Assembly (NCBI GenBank): GCA_963729895.1
Contig: CAVSQB010000005.1
Location: 96,001 to 160,000 of the forward strand
Direction of reading: 5' to 3'
DNA from: an uncultured Fibrobacterota bacterium
Lineage (GTDB): Bacteria; Fibrobacterota; Chitinivibrionia; Chitinivibrionales; FEN-1185
Length of the DNA stretch: 64,000 nucleotides
A program made the translations under genes and the position numbers. Under the pieces are notes generated by a model. It had not been told where the DNA came from. It saw only the letters and a program-made list of their open reading frames with translations, and searched no databases. Positions 7,864-18,211 of the stretch are shown here, piece after piece. Every line of letters starts with the position of its first letter. Position 1 is the stretch's first letter.

Positions 7864-10230
7864 CTATTTTTTCTCGGGCGGAAGCTGGTTCATCTGTTGC
7901 TTCAATTTCTGGATCTCGCTGTCGAGTTCCTTCTGCTTTTCTTCCATTTTCTGTTCAGTCTCGGCCTTGTTGGTCTGCTGGGATATTTTCTGCACAATGG
8001 CGAACGCGTAGTCGATATCGCTCTTGATGACATCGACGTTTCGCGAGAAGAACGACGACCGGTGGAACTCGTTTTCGAACACTTGAAACTTATCGAGCTT
8101 GGTTTTGTCTTCGGCTTGCACCTTGTGAAGGCTGTCGCCCTGGTGCAGCACGGTGGAAGACGGGAGTTCGAGGGAAATCTTGTTCACATCGAATGCCAGT
8201 ACCTCGTAGGCCTTGCGGTTCACCCTGTATTTAACATTTTCCGCTTCAAGCGTGTCTGCCGGCGGCGCCTTAAGCGTCTGCGCCTTTGCGGAAGCGGCGG
8301 TAAGTACCGACAACGCCTGGCCGTAATTTTTCTGCATGAGATCGGCATAGGCTTCGATGAGCGCTCCTTCGCACTGCAGGGCGGGCTTGGAACTGATCTT
8401 CTGCAATGTTTGGCCGTTCGAAATGCAATCGTTCCACTGGCGCGCGCGTAAAGCGGTCCAGCACATGCCCAGCAGCGCGTCCTCGTAATAGTAGCTCTGA
8501 TTGGAAACCGATCTGAGGGCGGTGATGGCCTTGGACAGGGCAAGCTGCTCGTAGAACATATATCCCAGAAATACATAGGACCTGTTGATTATTTCGCGCT
8601 GCTCGTTGGTTTGGACTTTTGATTCTATGCAGTTGCCAAGTGAGTTGAGGGCCTCTTCCATGTTATAGGTGAGCACGTACGCGATTGCAAGCGAGTGCTG
8701 GGCAAACGGGTATTCCGGATGGTTGTCGGGGACAAGCGAGAACAGCTGGATCGCCTGCTGGTAATTCTTGTCCTTCATGTTTTGCTCGGCCATGAGGTAA
8801 TAGGCGTGAAACTTGAGAGAGTCCGGCACTCCGGGCGCATTGAGGAGCTGGAACTGGCTGCTTACCGCTGCGGAATTCCCGTCCCTGTAGGCGACGCGCA
8901 TGAGGCCGAGGTCGGCAAACGGGACAACGGAACTCTTTGGATAGTCCTGCTTTGTCTGGTGGTAGTCTTGGACGGAAAGTTCTCTCATGTCGAGTTTTTC
9001 CAGACAGGCGCCGCGATAATACTGCACCCAATCGTTCTTGAAGAAACTGGGAAACTGGACAAGAATCTGGCTGAAAAGAAAAAACGCGTCCCAGTATTTG
9101 GCTTCAAAGTACAGCTTGCAGGCCCTGTTGTACAGCTCGTTGGGCGCCATGTCGAGAACGCGGGCCATCTTCTTTGCGTACATTTCTTCCCGGTGTAATC
9201 CTACGTCGCCGCGCAGGTAGAATGAATGGGTGGAAACATCCTGCGTGTACGGCATATCTATGTATTGATACATGAACTGGAGGTCTCTTCCCTCATTGAG
9301 GTGGGGCACGTTTACGCCGGCGGCGAACCCATAGTACTCGTTCGGCTGCCGTATGTTGCCCATAAGGAAATAAATATTGAGCATCCTCATGATCCAGCCG
9401 CCCACCCGAAAGTTGTAATCGTATTCCACGACGTTCTTGGCAGTGTCTGCGTTGATTCCGGATTGCAGGATTGAGGTTGCGTGCGCAAGAGAACTGTAGA
9501 TATTCTCTACGTTGACGTCAAGGCCGGCGTCGATCTGATTCTCCAGAAAAGAGCCAAACCAGGAAAGTTTCACGTTATTTGTGTAGCTTGGCTCGCTTAG
9601 GGAAGAAATGTTCAAATTGTCGAGGACCGGCAACAGAATATTTTGGAGAGAAATACCGATTACGTGGTCGCCGAAAACCGGGTCACGAACGAGGCGGTAG
9701 GTGAGGCCCACGTCTCCGCTCAAATTGTAATACGGATCGCCATAATTTGTGCTCATGGAAAGTCCGAGGTTCACCCCGATACTCAGGCCTCCCCAGATGT
9801 TGTTCGCATAGGTGCCGAGAATGAGGAGCTTCTGGTCGGACAGCTTCTGGCCCGTACTTTCCGGAACGCCGTTCACATCGTACTGGTATTGATCTATGGA
9901 TCCGGAACCCTGTGCAAGTACGGTCACTCCCCACGATTCATAGAGTCCAACCGGAAACGTGGCGCCCACCTCGCCGAGCTGATAGGCCCCCTGCAATGGG
10001 AAAGCCGCGCACGCCCGAAGGTCTATGTAGTCTTGCTCTGTCAATAATGCCGGGTTCGTTGCCGGAGAATACCGTGAAAACAGGTCACGCCATCGGGCGG
10101 TACTCAGGTATTCTCCCGAAAGCCCCTGGGCGAGAACAGAATACAAACAACCCAGTGCGGCAACCGCGACGAACGCCGACCGTACCTGTCTTGACAATCC
10201 GACTGAGGTTCTCATAGGGGGGTCCTTCAC
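7864..10230 (-). CDS. PorV/PorQ-like beta-barrel fused to a TPR array and C-terminal coiled coil (start may be 10215)
   Basis: Signal peptide, TNPALL motif, alternating beta-strand pattern in the N-half, multiple TPRs in the C-half. Confidence 0.65.
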   Translation of the reverse strand: MKDPPMRTSVGLSRQVRSAFVAVAALGCLYSVLAQGLSGEYLSTARWRDLFSRYSPATNPALLTEQDYIDLRACAAFPLQGAYQLGEVGATFPVGLYESWGVTVLAQGSGSIDQYQYDVNGVPESTGQKLSDQKLLILGTYANNIWGGLSIGVNLGLSMSTNYGDPYYNLSGDVGLTYRLVRDPVFGDHVIGISLQNILLPVLDNLNISSLSEPSYTNNVKLSWFGSFLENQIDAGLDVNVENIYSSLAHATSILQSGINADTAKNVVEYDYNFRVGGWIMRMLNIYFLMGNIRQPNEYYGFAAGVNVPHLNEGRDLQFMYQYIDMPYTQDVSTHSFYLRGDVGLHREEMYAKKMARVLDMAPNELYNRACKLYFEAKYWDAFFLFSQILVQFPSFFKNDWVQYYRGACLEKLDMRELSVQDYHQTKQDYPKSSVVPFADLGLMRVAYRDGNSAAVSSQFQLLNAPGVPDSLKFHAYYLMAEQNMKDKNYQQAIQLFSLVPDNHPEYPFAQHSLAIAYVLTYNMEEALNSLGNCIESKVQTNEQREIINRSYVFLGYMFYEQLALSKAITALRSVSNQSYYYEDALLGMCWTALRARQWNDCISNGQTLQKISSKPALQCEGALIEAYADLMQKNYGQALSVLTAASAKAQTLKAPPADTLEAENVKYRVNRKAYEVLAFDVNKISLELPSSTVLHQGDSLHKVQAEDKTKLDKFQVFENEFHRSSFFSRNVDVIKSDIDYAFAIVQKISQQTNKAETEQKMEEKQKELDSEIQKLKQQMNQLPPEKK

Positions 10231-10517
10231 AATAGGGTTATAGGCAAAAGGATGGTCCCTTATTTTACCGGTTTAATGAAGCTGCGATGGCGAGAGATCG
10301 CCGGTCCGCGGGAATAGCTGCTCTTGAAAGTAATATAGTATTGTAACATCTCGAAAATAAAAAAATTGTTCCTCCACGGCAGATTTTGTATGGAAACGGC
10401 AGTAGAGCCCCCGCTGCGAAAATTCTATTTCCTCCCGGTATCATATCATATTTTTCAGGACATGTTTCCCACAGTTCAAGCCATTCCGGTTGCAGGATTT
10501 CAGTCGATGGGTGGAAC

Positions 10518-11531
10518 ATGAAGAAACCTGGAACCGCCGTTTTTGCGATCCTGGCGATTTGTACATTCGCTTGGGGACAGGCCGGCGGAACCGCGGCTCT
10601 CCTGGATTCGGCCAAGAACTATTTGGTAAACCAGTTCTATTCGCGAGCGGAGAATTCCCTGCAGCGGCTGCTGAGGATCGACCCGGACGATGCTGAAGCA
10701 TCATACTTGCTTATTGCGACTGCACAAACAAAAATACTTGACTACGAATCGTACCCGGTCGATGCCGATTCTTTTGTGGAGAAGGCAACGAGCACGCTCT
10801 CGGCGCTTGCCAGATTGTTGCCGCGAAAACGTGGACGCGATTCGTTGTTGTGCCTTTTCTATATTGGCAACATCCAGGGCGGCATCAGCGTCATGCAGGC
10901 AAAAGTAGGGAACTGGCCCTCCGCGGTGAAGAACGGGGCAAATTCAATAGGTTTGTTCAAGAGAGTCATCAAGACTGATCCCGACTACTACCCGGCCTAT
11001 CTCGGGTTGGGCATATTCAATTACTATATCAGCCAGAATCTCAAGTGGCTGCCGTTTTTTCAGGACAGGCGGGAGGAAGGGCTGGAGCAGGTCCGGCTTT
11101 CTACCCGGGCCGAGTTTCCCTACTCCTATGTTGCCAAGAACTCACTGTGCTGGATCCTTGTGGAACGAAACGAATACCGTGCGGCGGATTCCATCGCCTC
11201 ATCGGTCCTTGCGGAACTGCCCTCAAACACCATATTCATCAGGCTCAAGGCCCGCATAGCTCTCTGGCAGCAGGACCTGCCGCTTGCCATTACCTGGGCA
11301 AGGAAGCTCATTGCTATTTCGGAGGAACGCGTCCCTGTCAACTGGTCCGATCTCCTATCCGGCTACCAGGTACTCATCAGCGGCCTCGATGGGCTCGGCA
11401 AAGGAAACGAATGCCTTACCATCTGCGCAAGGGCCTTGTCGAAAGATATTCCCGAGCCGTACTTGAGGATACCGTACGTCAAAAAACACCTCAAGTATAT
11501 CGCAGAGATCCGGAAGAAATACGCCCATTGA
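10518..11531 (+). CDS. Secreted TPR protein
   Basis: Signal peptide MKKPG..AWG; TPR motifs (IDPDDAEASY, TDPDYYPAYLGLG). Confidence 0.8.
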   Translation: MKKPGTAVFAILAICTFAWGQAGGTAALLDSAKNYLVNQFYSRAENSLQRLLRIDPDDAEASYLLIATAQTKILDYESYPVDADSFVEKATSTLSALARLLPRKRGRDSLLCLFYIGNIQGGISVMQAKVGNWPSAVKNGANSIGLFKRVIKTDPDYYPAYLGLGIFNYYISQNLKWLPFFQDRREEGLEQVRLSTRAEFPYSYVAKNSLCWILVERNEYRAADSIASSVLAELPSNTIFIRLKARIALWQQDLPLAITWARKLIAISEERVPVNWSDLLSGYQVLISGLDGLGKGNECLTICARALSKDIPEPYLRIPYVKKHLKYIAEIRKKYAH

Positions 11532-11710
11532 CGGGGCTACGCTGTGATTTGCGGCGCATCGGATGATTCCTTCGTCATTCCGGCATCCATTGGAGTATTT
11601 TCACGCTATGAATGCCGACCGGTTTCGAGCGGGCCTTTGGGCGGTTGTCGCGTGCATCCCGCCCGGGGCAGCGGGAATTCTTTCCTGCGGTAAAAATCGA
11701 TCCCGATCCG

Positions 11711-12115
11711 CTACCGAAAGGTTGTCAACTTAAGCGAGTCAACAATTGACTTGTTCTTCGGATTTCCCATGTTCTTGAGTATCCAAAGGTATTCCGCGTA
11801 CCCACCGCCCATGCCGACGCGGATGCAGATCCTGTCCTGCGCTTTGACAAAGTTTTCCTGGTATCGTGTCTGCCGCGCGGCGTCGTTTACCAGGAAGGAA
11901 TCCTTGTACAGGGCGCTCAGCGAGTCGAGATAGGTATTGCACAGCATCCATTTCTTGACTTGGTCCATGGTTACCGAGGAATCGGAGGGGGGAATAAATG
12001 ACACCTTGTGGGGCTCTGCCGTGGCGGTCTGCCCGGAGACCGGCTCCTTCTTCTGACACGCGGACGTCAAGACGAGCATGGTGCACGCCAGAACGAGAGA
12101 AATCACTTTGCGCAC
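11711..12115 (-). CDS. Hypothetical lipoprotein
   Basis: GTG start after AAGGAG; LTSA-C lipobox. Confidence 0.8.
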   Translation of the reverse strand: MRKVISLVLACTMLVLTSACQKKEPVSGQTATAEPHKVSFIPPSDSSVTMDQVKKWMLCNTYLDSLSALYKDSFLVNDAARQTRYQENFVKAQDRICIRVGMGGGYAEYLWILKNMGNPKNKSIVDSLKLTTFR

Positions 12116-12244
12116 AAGATTCTCCTTTTTCCGAAATAGGTGGGTTGTCTAAAAACTACGTTGTATGGAGGGCGTTGTCAATTTGATTTACCGACGGCGT
12201 TTCTTGCATCGCAGTCAGGCCCCAGGGAGCCTTGGGAAACGCGG

Positions 12245-13042
12245 ATGAACGCGGGCATGGCGCCAAAGAAACATCTTGGACAGCATTTTCTTACCGCCGT
12301 GCGGTACGCGGAACGGATAGCCCAAAGCATAGCTGCCGGCGAACATGAGAACGTGCTCGAAATCGGTCCAGGAAACGGGGCTTTAAGCGTCCACCTCGCA
12401 AAACGTTTCCCGGGTTTTCATTGCGTTGAGATCGATCCTGACGTTGTTGGCGCTCTCAGGGCCAGGATGGGAGACGGCAGATGGGTACTTCACCAATGCG
12501 ACGCGTTGGAGTTCGACTTTTCCGCTGCCGGTTTTCCTTTGCACGTTATTGGAAATCTTCCCTACTCCATAGGCGCCCTGGTGATCAAGAAGACCCTTTT
12601 GTACGGAAACAACATTCTTTCCTGCACGTTTATGGTCCAGCGGGAGGTGGCCGAACGCATAGCCGCCGCGCCCCACACAAAGCGGAACGGATTTCTCTCC
12701 GTTTTCTGCCAGTTTTTCGGGAAGCCCAGGATCTTGTTTCGCGTCCCCCCGGGCGCGTTTTTCCCCAGGCCGAACGTGGAGTCCTCGGTATTCAGGCTCG
12801 ACGTGGAAGACAATCTTGAAGAGAAATTGCGGTCGGGACAATGGCTCGACTACTTCGCATTTGTTGACAAGGGTTTCAAAATGAGGAGGAAAATGCTCGC
12901 CAACGTCCTCGGCCGCGAGGGCGGCCGTGAACACTTTGCAGAATTGCTCGCGCGCATCGGCGTCGGCGCGGATGCGCGCGCCGAAGATCTGGGCGCACCC
13001 GAATGGCTCGAACTGTACAAGAGATCATGCGACGCATCCTGA
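12245..13042 (+). CDS. rsmA: 16S rRNA m6,2A dimethyltransferase
   Basis: PKKHLGQHFL, VLEIGPGNG, GNLPY, MVQREVAERI, FFPRPNVES. Confidence 0.97.
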   Translation: MNAGMAPKKHLGQHFLTAVRYAERIAQSIAAGEHENVLEIGPGNGALSVHLAKRFPGFHCVEIDPDVVGALRARMGDGRWVLHQCDALEFDFSAAGFPLHVIGNLPYSIGALVIKKTLLYGNNILSCTFMVQREVAERIAAAPHTKRNGFLSVFCQFFGKPRILFRVPPGAFFPRPNVESSVFRLDVEDNLEEKLRSGQWLDYFAFVDKGFKMRRKMLANVLGREGGREHFAELLARIGVGADARAEDLGAPEWLELYKRSCDAS

Positions 13043-15051
13043 TGCCGGCGATTGCCGCGTACGTTTTGAATGCCTCGGCGCCCGCATTCTGCCAGGTCAA
13101 CCAGTGGCCGCCGGCGCTGGGCATTCCCGTGGCGCCGCCGGCTCCCGATTCGAACCGGACCGTGTACGGGTCGGACCAAAGCCTTTACATTCGCACATTC
13201 AAGGTGCGGGATTCGGTGAACATTCAGGAAAATACCCCTTTGTACGGTGTAAACCAGAACGTTGATTATGCTTTGTCGAACGATTCGTGGTTCAACACCA
13301 CGGACCAGTTCTTCGACCTGTCGGGTGACGTTGTGAAGAAGGAACTGCCGTTTGGAATGAGCGCCGGGCTGGAGTGGACGCCCGTGCTCATTCTTAACAA
13401 ACGCACGTCGAGTCAGGGAATCCTCGGATCGGTTGAGGCCGGCCCGCTGCTCACGTTCGCTCCGCTCAGCATTCCGATGATGATTCACGGCGGCGCCACG
13501 GCGCGGGGATGGAACGACGACATCGGCGCTCTGAGCGCCAACCAATACGGAACCCTCTCCCGCGACAAGGGATTCTACGCCGGGGCGGAGTTGGGATCGC
13601 CGGTGCATCCGGTCCCGTTCCTTCCTCTCATTGTGACGGTGAAAGGGTACGGCAGGTCCATGGAAACGTCGAAACTGGTGTCGGGGACCGCCTCGGCCCT
13701 TCTGTACCTGGGCATGCCCACAGGCGACAGCCTTTTTGCGCTTTATGCGGACTCATTGACAAAAGGCAGAGACGCATTCCTGGGCGAGGATCAGGGGAAG
13801 CCGAGCTTTATTGACGACCCGGAAAAAACGGAACGGTCGTACCAGGTGAGCGCAGGGTTCCGTGCAAAGCCCAGACTTTTTCTTGTCCCGGGCGCCGTCT
13901 ACTCGTATACCGAGCACACGCTTTCGTACCCCGGGGCGTGGGGCAACAAGAAGAACACCGATAATGCCGTGAACCTGCTTCTCAGGACCGACACCCTGTT
14001 TTTCGTCTCGTATCAGGGAGGCATTAAGGTGGAGTGGGAACGGGAGGACATGAATTCGGCTTCCTCTGCCGGCACTGCCGGAGGCGCAATCCTGCCGCCG
14101 CAACCGCAGACAACGGATTTTGCGGGCAATCTGGCCAGTCTCAACGACTATCTTGGATACCGAGTCGCAATGCTCAATTCAATTTCCAAGTATCTGCAGA
14201 ACGGCATGGGTGCGGAGTACACCTGGGACATTTCACGGTATTCAAAGGACTACCCGGTTTCTTATGTTGTCAATGGAGATACCGTACGCCAGGATCCTCC
14301 TCTCGACAACGACATCATCGTCAACCGGCAGAGATTTACCCTGGTGCCCATTCCGTCGTCGTGGGGGAAAGGGTCTCTTTTTGTGGAATACTCCAAGAAC
14401 ATTACGAACTATATTAAGGCTGAAATGAGCGGCAACAACACCGTTGATTGGCTCTATCGGGTGGGCGGAACGGCCGGCTTTACCGTGGCGCAACGCTGCA
14501 CGGTTTCCGAAGCCATGACCGCGGACACGAAAGAGACTGATTACGCCTTTCCCGAGACCAAGAGGGGCTCGCCTCCGCCGTATTCCCGAAAATGGTCGTC
14601 GCAGCTTTTGCTCAACCTGGTCGCGAACCGCTGGCTTACTCTCAGAACCGAATGGAACGAGACATACTCCGACTTCGGAACGTGGAACGCCAAGGAATAT
14701 ATGGACTCCACGGCATTCAAGACGCCCCAGGAAGCGGCAGACTACAAGGATTACTACGCAATCACCGATAAAACATGGGACCACGGCATAAAACTGACCG
14801 TTGCCTCAAATATTCTGAACACGTGCCTAGTGAACGCCGGATGCTCGTATGAGTACATCGATGCAAGGGAATTCAATGTCGCGGATCAGACCTATGCCCT
14901 TACTTACAGTGCAGGAACTCGCGTGACGCCATTCGCATCGCTGTCCTATGAGCTCAACCGGCAGTTGGTTTTTTACGCCAATTTCGCCAGGACTTTTGAC
15001 ATCAAGGACAAATACTGGGACATCCACGTGTCACTCAAGGGGACCTTTTAA
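13027..15051 (+). CDS. Hypothetical outer-membrane beta-barrel protein
   Basis: Signal peptide, aromatic alternating strands, C-terminal VSLKGTF (BAM-type signature); overlaps the rsmA end. Confidence 0.7.
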   Translation: MRRILMPAIAAYVLNASAPAFCQVNQWPPALGIPVAPPAPDSNRTVYGSDQSLYIRTFKVRDSVNIQENTPLYGVNQNVDYALSNDSWFNTTDQFFDLSGDVVKKELPFGMSAGLEWTPVLILNKRTSSQGILGSVEAGPLLTFAPLSIPMMIHGGATARGWNDDIGALSANQYGTLSRDKGFYAGAELGSPVHPVPFLPLIVTVKGYGRSMETSKLVSGTASALLYLGMPTGDSLFALYADSLTKGRDAFLGEDQGKPSFIDDPEKTERSYQVSAGFRAKPRLFLVPGAVYSYTEHTLSYPGAWGNKKNTDNAVNLLLRTDTLFFVSYQGGIKVEWEREDMNSASSAGTAGGAILPPQPQTTDFAGNLASLNDYLGYRVAMLNSISKYLQNGMGAEYTWDISRYSKDYPVSYVVNGDTVRQDPPLDNDIIVNRQRFTLVPIPSSWGKGSLFVEYSKNITNYIKAEMSGNNTVDWLYRVGGTAGFTVAQRCTVSEAMTADTKETDYAFPETKRGSPPPYSRKWSSQLLLNLVANRWLTLRTEWNETYSDFGTWNAKEYMDSTAFKTPQEAADYKDYYAITDKTWDHGIKLTVASNILNTCLVNAGCSYEYIDAREFNVADQTYALTYSAGTRVTPFASLSYELNRQLVFYANFARTFDIKDKYWDIHVSLKGTF

Positions 15052-15584
15052 TGGTGCGTTTGTCCGGATACCTGCTTGCGTTACCTCTGATGGCCGTTAT
15101 GTCGTGCAGCGTGTTTGATCCGCGTCCGGTGGAGTATCCTTCTGATGTGGTCACCGTTGATCCATTCAACTTTGCGTCCATCCTGTGGAACACGGGGAAG
15201 CAAATTACCAAAGTGGAATACAACGACATATTTTATGATACTGCGGCTTTCGTATTCGTGGACATCAACGGAAACGTGTTCGGCCGGCAGTCGCTCATCG
15301 ATCATCTCCAAAGCATGTGCCAGCTTTTCTCGATACAAAATGTCTCCTGGCAACCCGATTCCTTGCAGGATTTCACGATAGGAGACACGTTTTTCGTAGA
15401 CCGTGCATATTATGTCGTCGCGCTCGACACGTTCCTGATTCCGCCGAAATCCGATACGTTCAGCAGCACCTCATCCTTCAAGCTCCTGTTTGACGCAAGC
15501 AAAAACACCTGGAACATTTTCTACTGGAAAGACAAGTACCCGGGCGAGTCGATATTCTACCCGCTGTTTGAACCGAGTTATTGA
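15051..15584 (+). CDS. Hypothetical lipoprotein (possibly NTF2-like)
   Basis: VMS-C lipobox; TAATG coupling to the upstream gene. Confidence 0.75.
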   Translation: MVRLSGYLLALPLMAVMSCSVFDPRPVEYPSDVVTVDPFNFASILWNTGKQITKVEYNDIFYDTAAFVFVDINGNVFGRQSLIDHLQSMCQLFSIQNVSWQPDSLQDFTIGDTFFVDRAYYVVALDTFLIPPKSDTFSSTSSFKLLFDASKNTWNIFYWKDKYPGESIFYPLFEPSY

Positions 15585-16264
15585 CAACCGCGATGGTTCG
15601 GAAAGAAGCTGGCATGGGGACGTCGAGAAAATACCGCACAGCGGTTTTCGCTTTCGCGGCGCTGTTCTGCGGGTGCTTTAACCCTTTTTTTCCTCCCACG
15701 GGCGTGCCCCTGAGCGTTGGCAGTGGGCGCAGCACGCCGGCCGGGGTGGTGGAACAGCTGTTCCGCGCGTACCAGACCAGGCAGATCAATTTGTTCATGG
15801 ATCTTTTTTCACCCGCAAAAGATTTCAGGTTCTACGTGTCGCCGAGCTTCCAGGCCGATTATGCCAAGGAACGCGGCGGAAGCGCCACGTTGGAAACTAT
15901 AGACTCCATGTTCAGCTACGTGCGCCAGACATTGGGGATTACCGAGATGTATTATTGGACATACGATGATGAGATTCAACTCACCAACAACATGTTCACG
16001 CAAGCGGCGGACATAGGATATTCGGTGGATCCCCAGCCCATAGATACCAATGCCATCAATTATTTCAAGGCTCCCGACGGCACGCAATACGCGGAGGTGG
16101 TGGTGCGGGGCGGCGAACTGGAGATTCAGGTGAATACGGGCGACCTGACAATGGTCGATTACTATATCGACATAGGCGTACAAGTGTATTATGTCGAAAA
16201 GGACCCGGTGAACCCTTCCCTCTGGGTCATCGCGAAATGGTTCGATCTTGGAACGGCCCAGTAG
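15581..16264 (+). CDS. Hypothetical lipoprotein (possibly NTF2-like); start uncertain
   Basis: FCG-C lipobox followed by FNPF; TPAGVVEQLFRAY..LFS..FRF pattern; WVIAKWFD end. Confidence 0.75.
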   Translation: MTTAMVRKEAGMGTSRKYRTAVFAFAALFCGCFNPFFPPTGVPLSVGSGRSTPAGVVEQLFRAYQTRQINLFMDLFSPAKDFRFYVSPSFQADYAKERGGSATLETIDSMFSYVRQTLGITEMYYWTYDDEIQLTNNMFTQAADIGYSVDPQPIDTNAINYFKAPDGTQYAEVVVRGGELEIQVNTGDLTMVDYYIDIGVQVYYVEKDPVNPSLWVIAKWFDLGTAQ

Positions 16265-16272
16265 GTCACGGG

Positions 16273-17289
16273 TCAGTTGATGATAATATTGGTTCGGAAC
16301 GTGCAGACAGGACAGGTTGCCGTGCCCGAAGAAGGGTCCCTGCTGATGTTCTTGTTGACGGAAACAGAGTAGCCGTACCGTTGGACCAGCACCGTGTTGC
16401 ACGACGGGCAGCGCGTGTGACTTCCCTCATCCGAATCAATGTTCCCAACGTACACATAGTCAAGCTTTTCCCTTGCTATTTCGCGGGCGCGAACCAGGGA
16501 TTTGTGCGGCGTCGGAGAAACGCGCATTTTGTAACGAGGAAAATACCGGGAGAAATGCAAAGGGGTGTCTTTCCCCAGATGTGCCGCGATATAGTCTACG
16601 AGTTCCCGTATGTCCTTTTCCGAGTCGTTTTCTCCGGGAATGAGCAGGTTGGTGATTTCGAGATGACACTTCTTTTTAACCGTTTCGCAAGCAGCGAGGA
16701 CCGGGGCGAGCGTGGCCTTGCACAGTCTACGGTAGAAACCGGGGTTCATCGATTTGATGTCGATGTTCATGGCGTCGACTAGGGTAAGCAGTTCTTTTAG
16801 GGGCTTCTGCTCCATGAACCCATTGGTAACCATGACGTTCCTTAGCCCGTGTTCCTTGACAATAGCTCCGACCTCCATGATAGTCTCGAACCATACGAAT
16901 GGCTCGGAGTAGGTGTAGGCAATGCCGATTGTGCCGCTGTTGATTATTGAATCTGCAAACTCTGCGGCAGGTATTTCCCTGGTGGGCTGTATGGTTTGTG
17001 AAATTTCGCAGTTCTGGCAGAACTGGCATTTGAAGGTGCAGCCGTTGGGGCCGCTCGAAAAGATTGACGAACCTGGAAAGAAATGGTACAACGGTTTCTT
17101 TTCAACCGGGTCGACGGCCGTTGAAACCGGCCGGCAGTATGCGAGCGAATATAGAACACCTCCCGTATTCCTGCGGGCAAGGCATATACCGGTTCTATCA
17201 TCTGTCAATAAACAATGATGAGGGCAGAGACCGCATCTCACCGTTTTTTCTGTGCCCGGCACGACGGTAAAATAATCCGCCTTCTTCAT
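16273..17289 (-). CDS. amrS: AmmeMemoRadiSam-system radical SAM enzyme
   Basis: CGLCPHHC, DPVEKKPLYHF, CTFKCQFCQN, IAYTYSEP, PLHFSRYFP, YVYVGN. Confidence 0.9.
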   Translation of the reverse strand: MKKADYFTVVPGTEKTVRCGLCPHHCLLTDDRTGICLARRNTGGVLYSLAYCRPVSTAVDPVEKKPLYHFFPGSSIFSSGPNGCTFKCQFCQNCEISQTIQPTREIPAAEFADSIINSGTIGIAYTYSEPFVWFETIMEVGAIVKEHGLRNVMVTNGFMEQKPLKELLTLVDAMNIDIKSMNPGFYRRLCKATLAPVLAACETVKKKCHLEITNLLIPGENDSEKDIRELVDYIAAHLGKDTPLHFSRYFPRYKMRVSPTPHKSLVRAREIAREKLDYVYVGNIDSDEGSHTRCPSCNTVLVQRYGYSVSVNKNISRDPSSGTATCPVCTFRTNIIIN

Positions 17290-17426
17290 GGAGGACCTTG
17301 AATCCCACAACCCGCGCAATCCCGGAAGCTTGCTTCGGGGTTCTTCAAATGCCGGTGCAAAATGCCGTGCTGCGGCGGTTTGCGCCGGTACGCTCACGCA
17401 CCGATCTTTCGGACTGCCGGGCCGGT

Positions 17427-18089
17427 CTATTCCGGCGTCGTTCCTTCCTGCGCCGGCGCGTTATTCGATGCCGGTCCAGCCTTGGATGCACGCTTCTTTG
17501 CCGGAATAGGAGCAGCCTGATGGGAGTTCGCCTTGTCTTTCAGGATTTTCATGTCGCCAACCAGTTTTGCAACGGTTTGCTCCAGGGCGTTAACTTTCAG
17601 GCTGTTGTTTTCCTGATTGGAAAGGATCTCCTGCATCTTGGTTTGCAAAGAAGGCCCGATGAGGCTGACAATTGTTCCGGTGAGCACTGCTGCAACGATG
17701 GAAACGATAATGATTAGGATAAGCGTCGGAAAGGACGGAAGTATCCTGACCTTCTTTCTCTGAACGGGGTGATCGAACTCCGTTTCCGCGTCCGAGGAGC
17801 GGCCCGCTGCCGGTTCATTCCTGAAGTGTGCCGTGATCGCGACAGGCGGCTGTGTTTTCTGCTCCGCCGGCTTTAGGGACGGTTCACGTGGGGCGGACTT
17901 TTCGACTCTCTGCCGCGAAGCCCTCACGGATTCGATTTCAAATGCCTCTGGAGTGCTGGGCGCGGCAGGGCGCGGTTGCATTGCATCCTTCTTTTGCGCG
18001 TGCTGCGAGGCCTTCTTGACGAGCGATTCGAGATCTATTTCGTCATCCGGATCGGTTTGCGAGAATTCCTTCCTGGGAATGGCGTCCAT
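17427..18089 (-). CDS. Hypothetical single-pass membrane protein with coiled coil
   Basis: GGAGG RBS; disordered N-terminus, one TM segment, heptad region. Confidence 0.75.
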   Translation of the reverse strand: MDAIPRKEFSQTDPDDEIDLESLVKKASQHAQKKDAMQPRPAAPSTPEAFEIESVRASRQRVEKSAPREPSLKPAEQKTQPPVAITAHFRNEPAAGRSSDAETEFDHPVQRKKVRILPSFPTLILIIIVSIVAAVLTGTIVSLIGPSLQTKMQEILSNQENNSLKVNALEQTVAKLVGDMKILKDKANSHQAAPIPAKKRASKAGPASNNAPAQEGTTPE

Positions 18090-18211
18090 TGCAATCCTCC
18101 TCTATTTAAAAAATGTGCATGCGGGTCCGGCCGCTGCGGCGCCTCGGGACTGGATTTTTCCGTTCTGAGCACGATGGCGTTACCGCATACCAAAATATAC
18201 AAATCGCGGCC

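Noticed and set aside
16273..17289. Complete AmmeMemoRadiSam system
   Set aside because: Only the radical SAM gene is present; no AMMECR1 or Memo genes in the window
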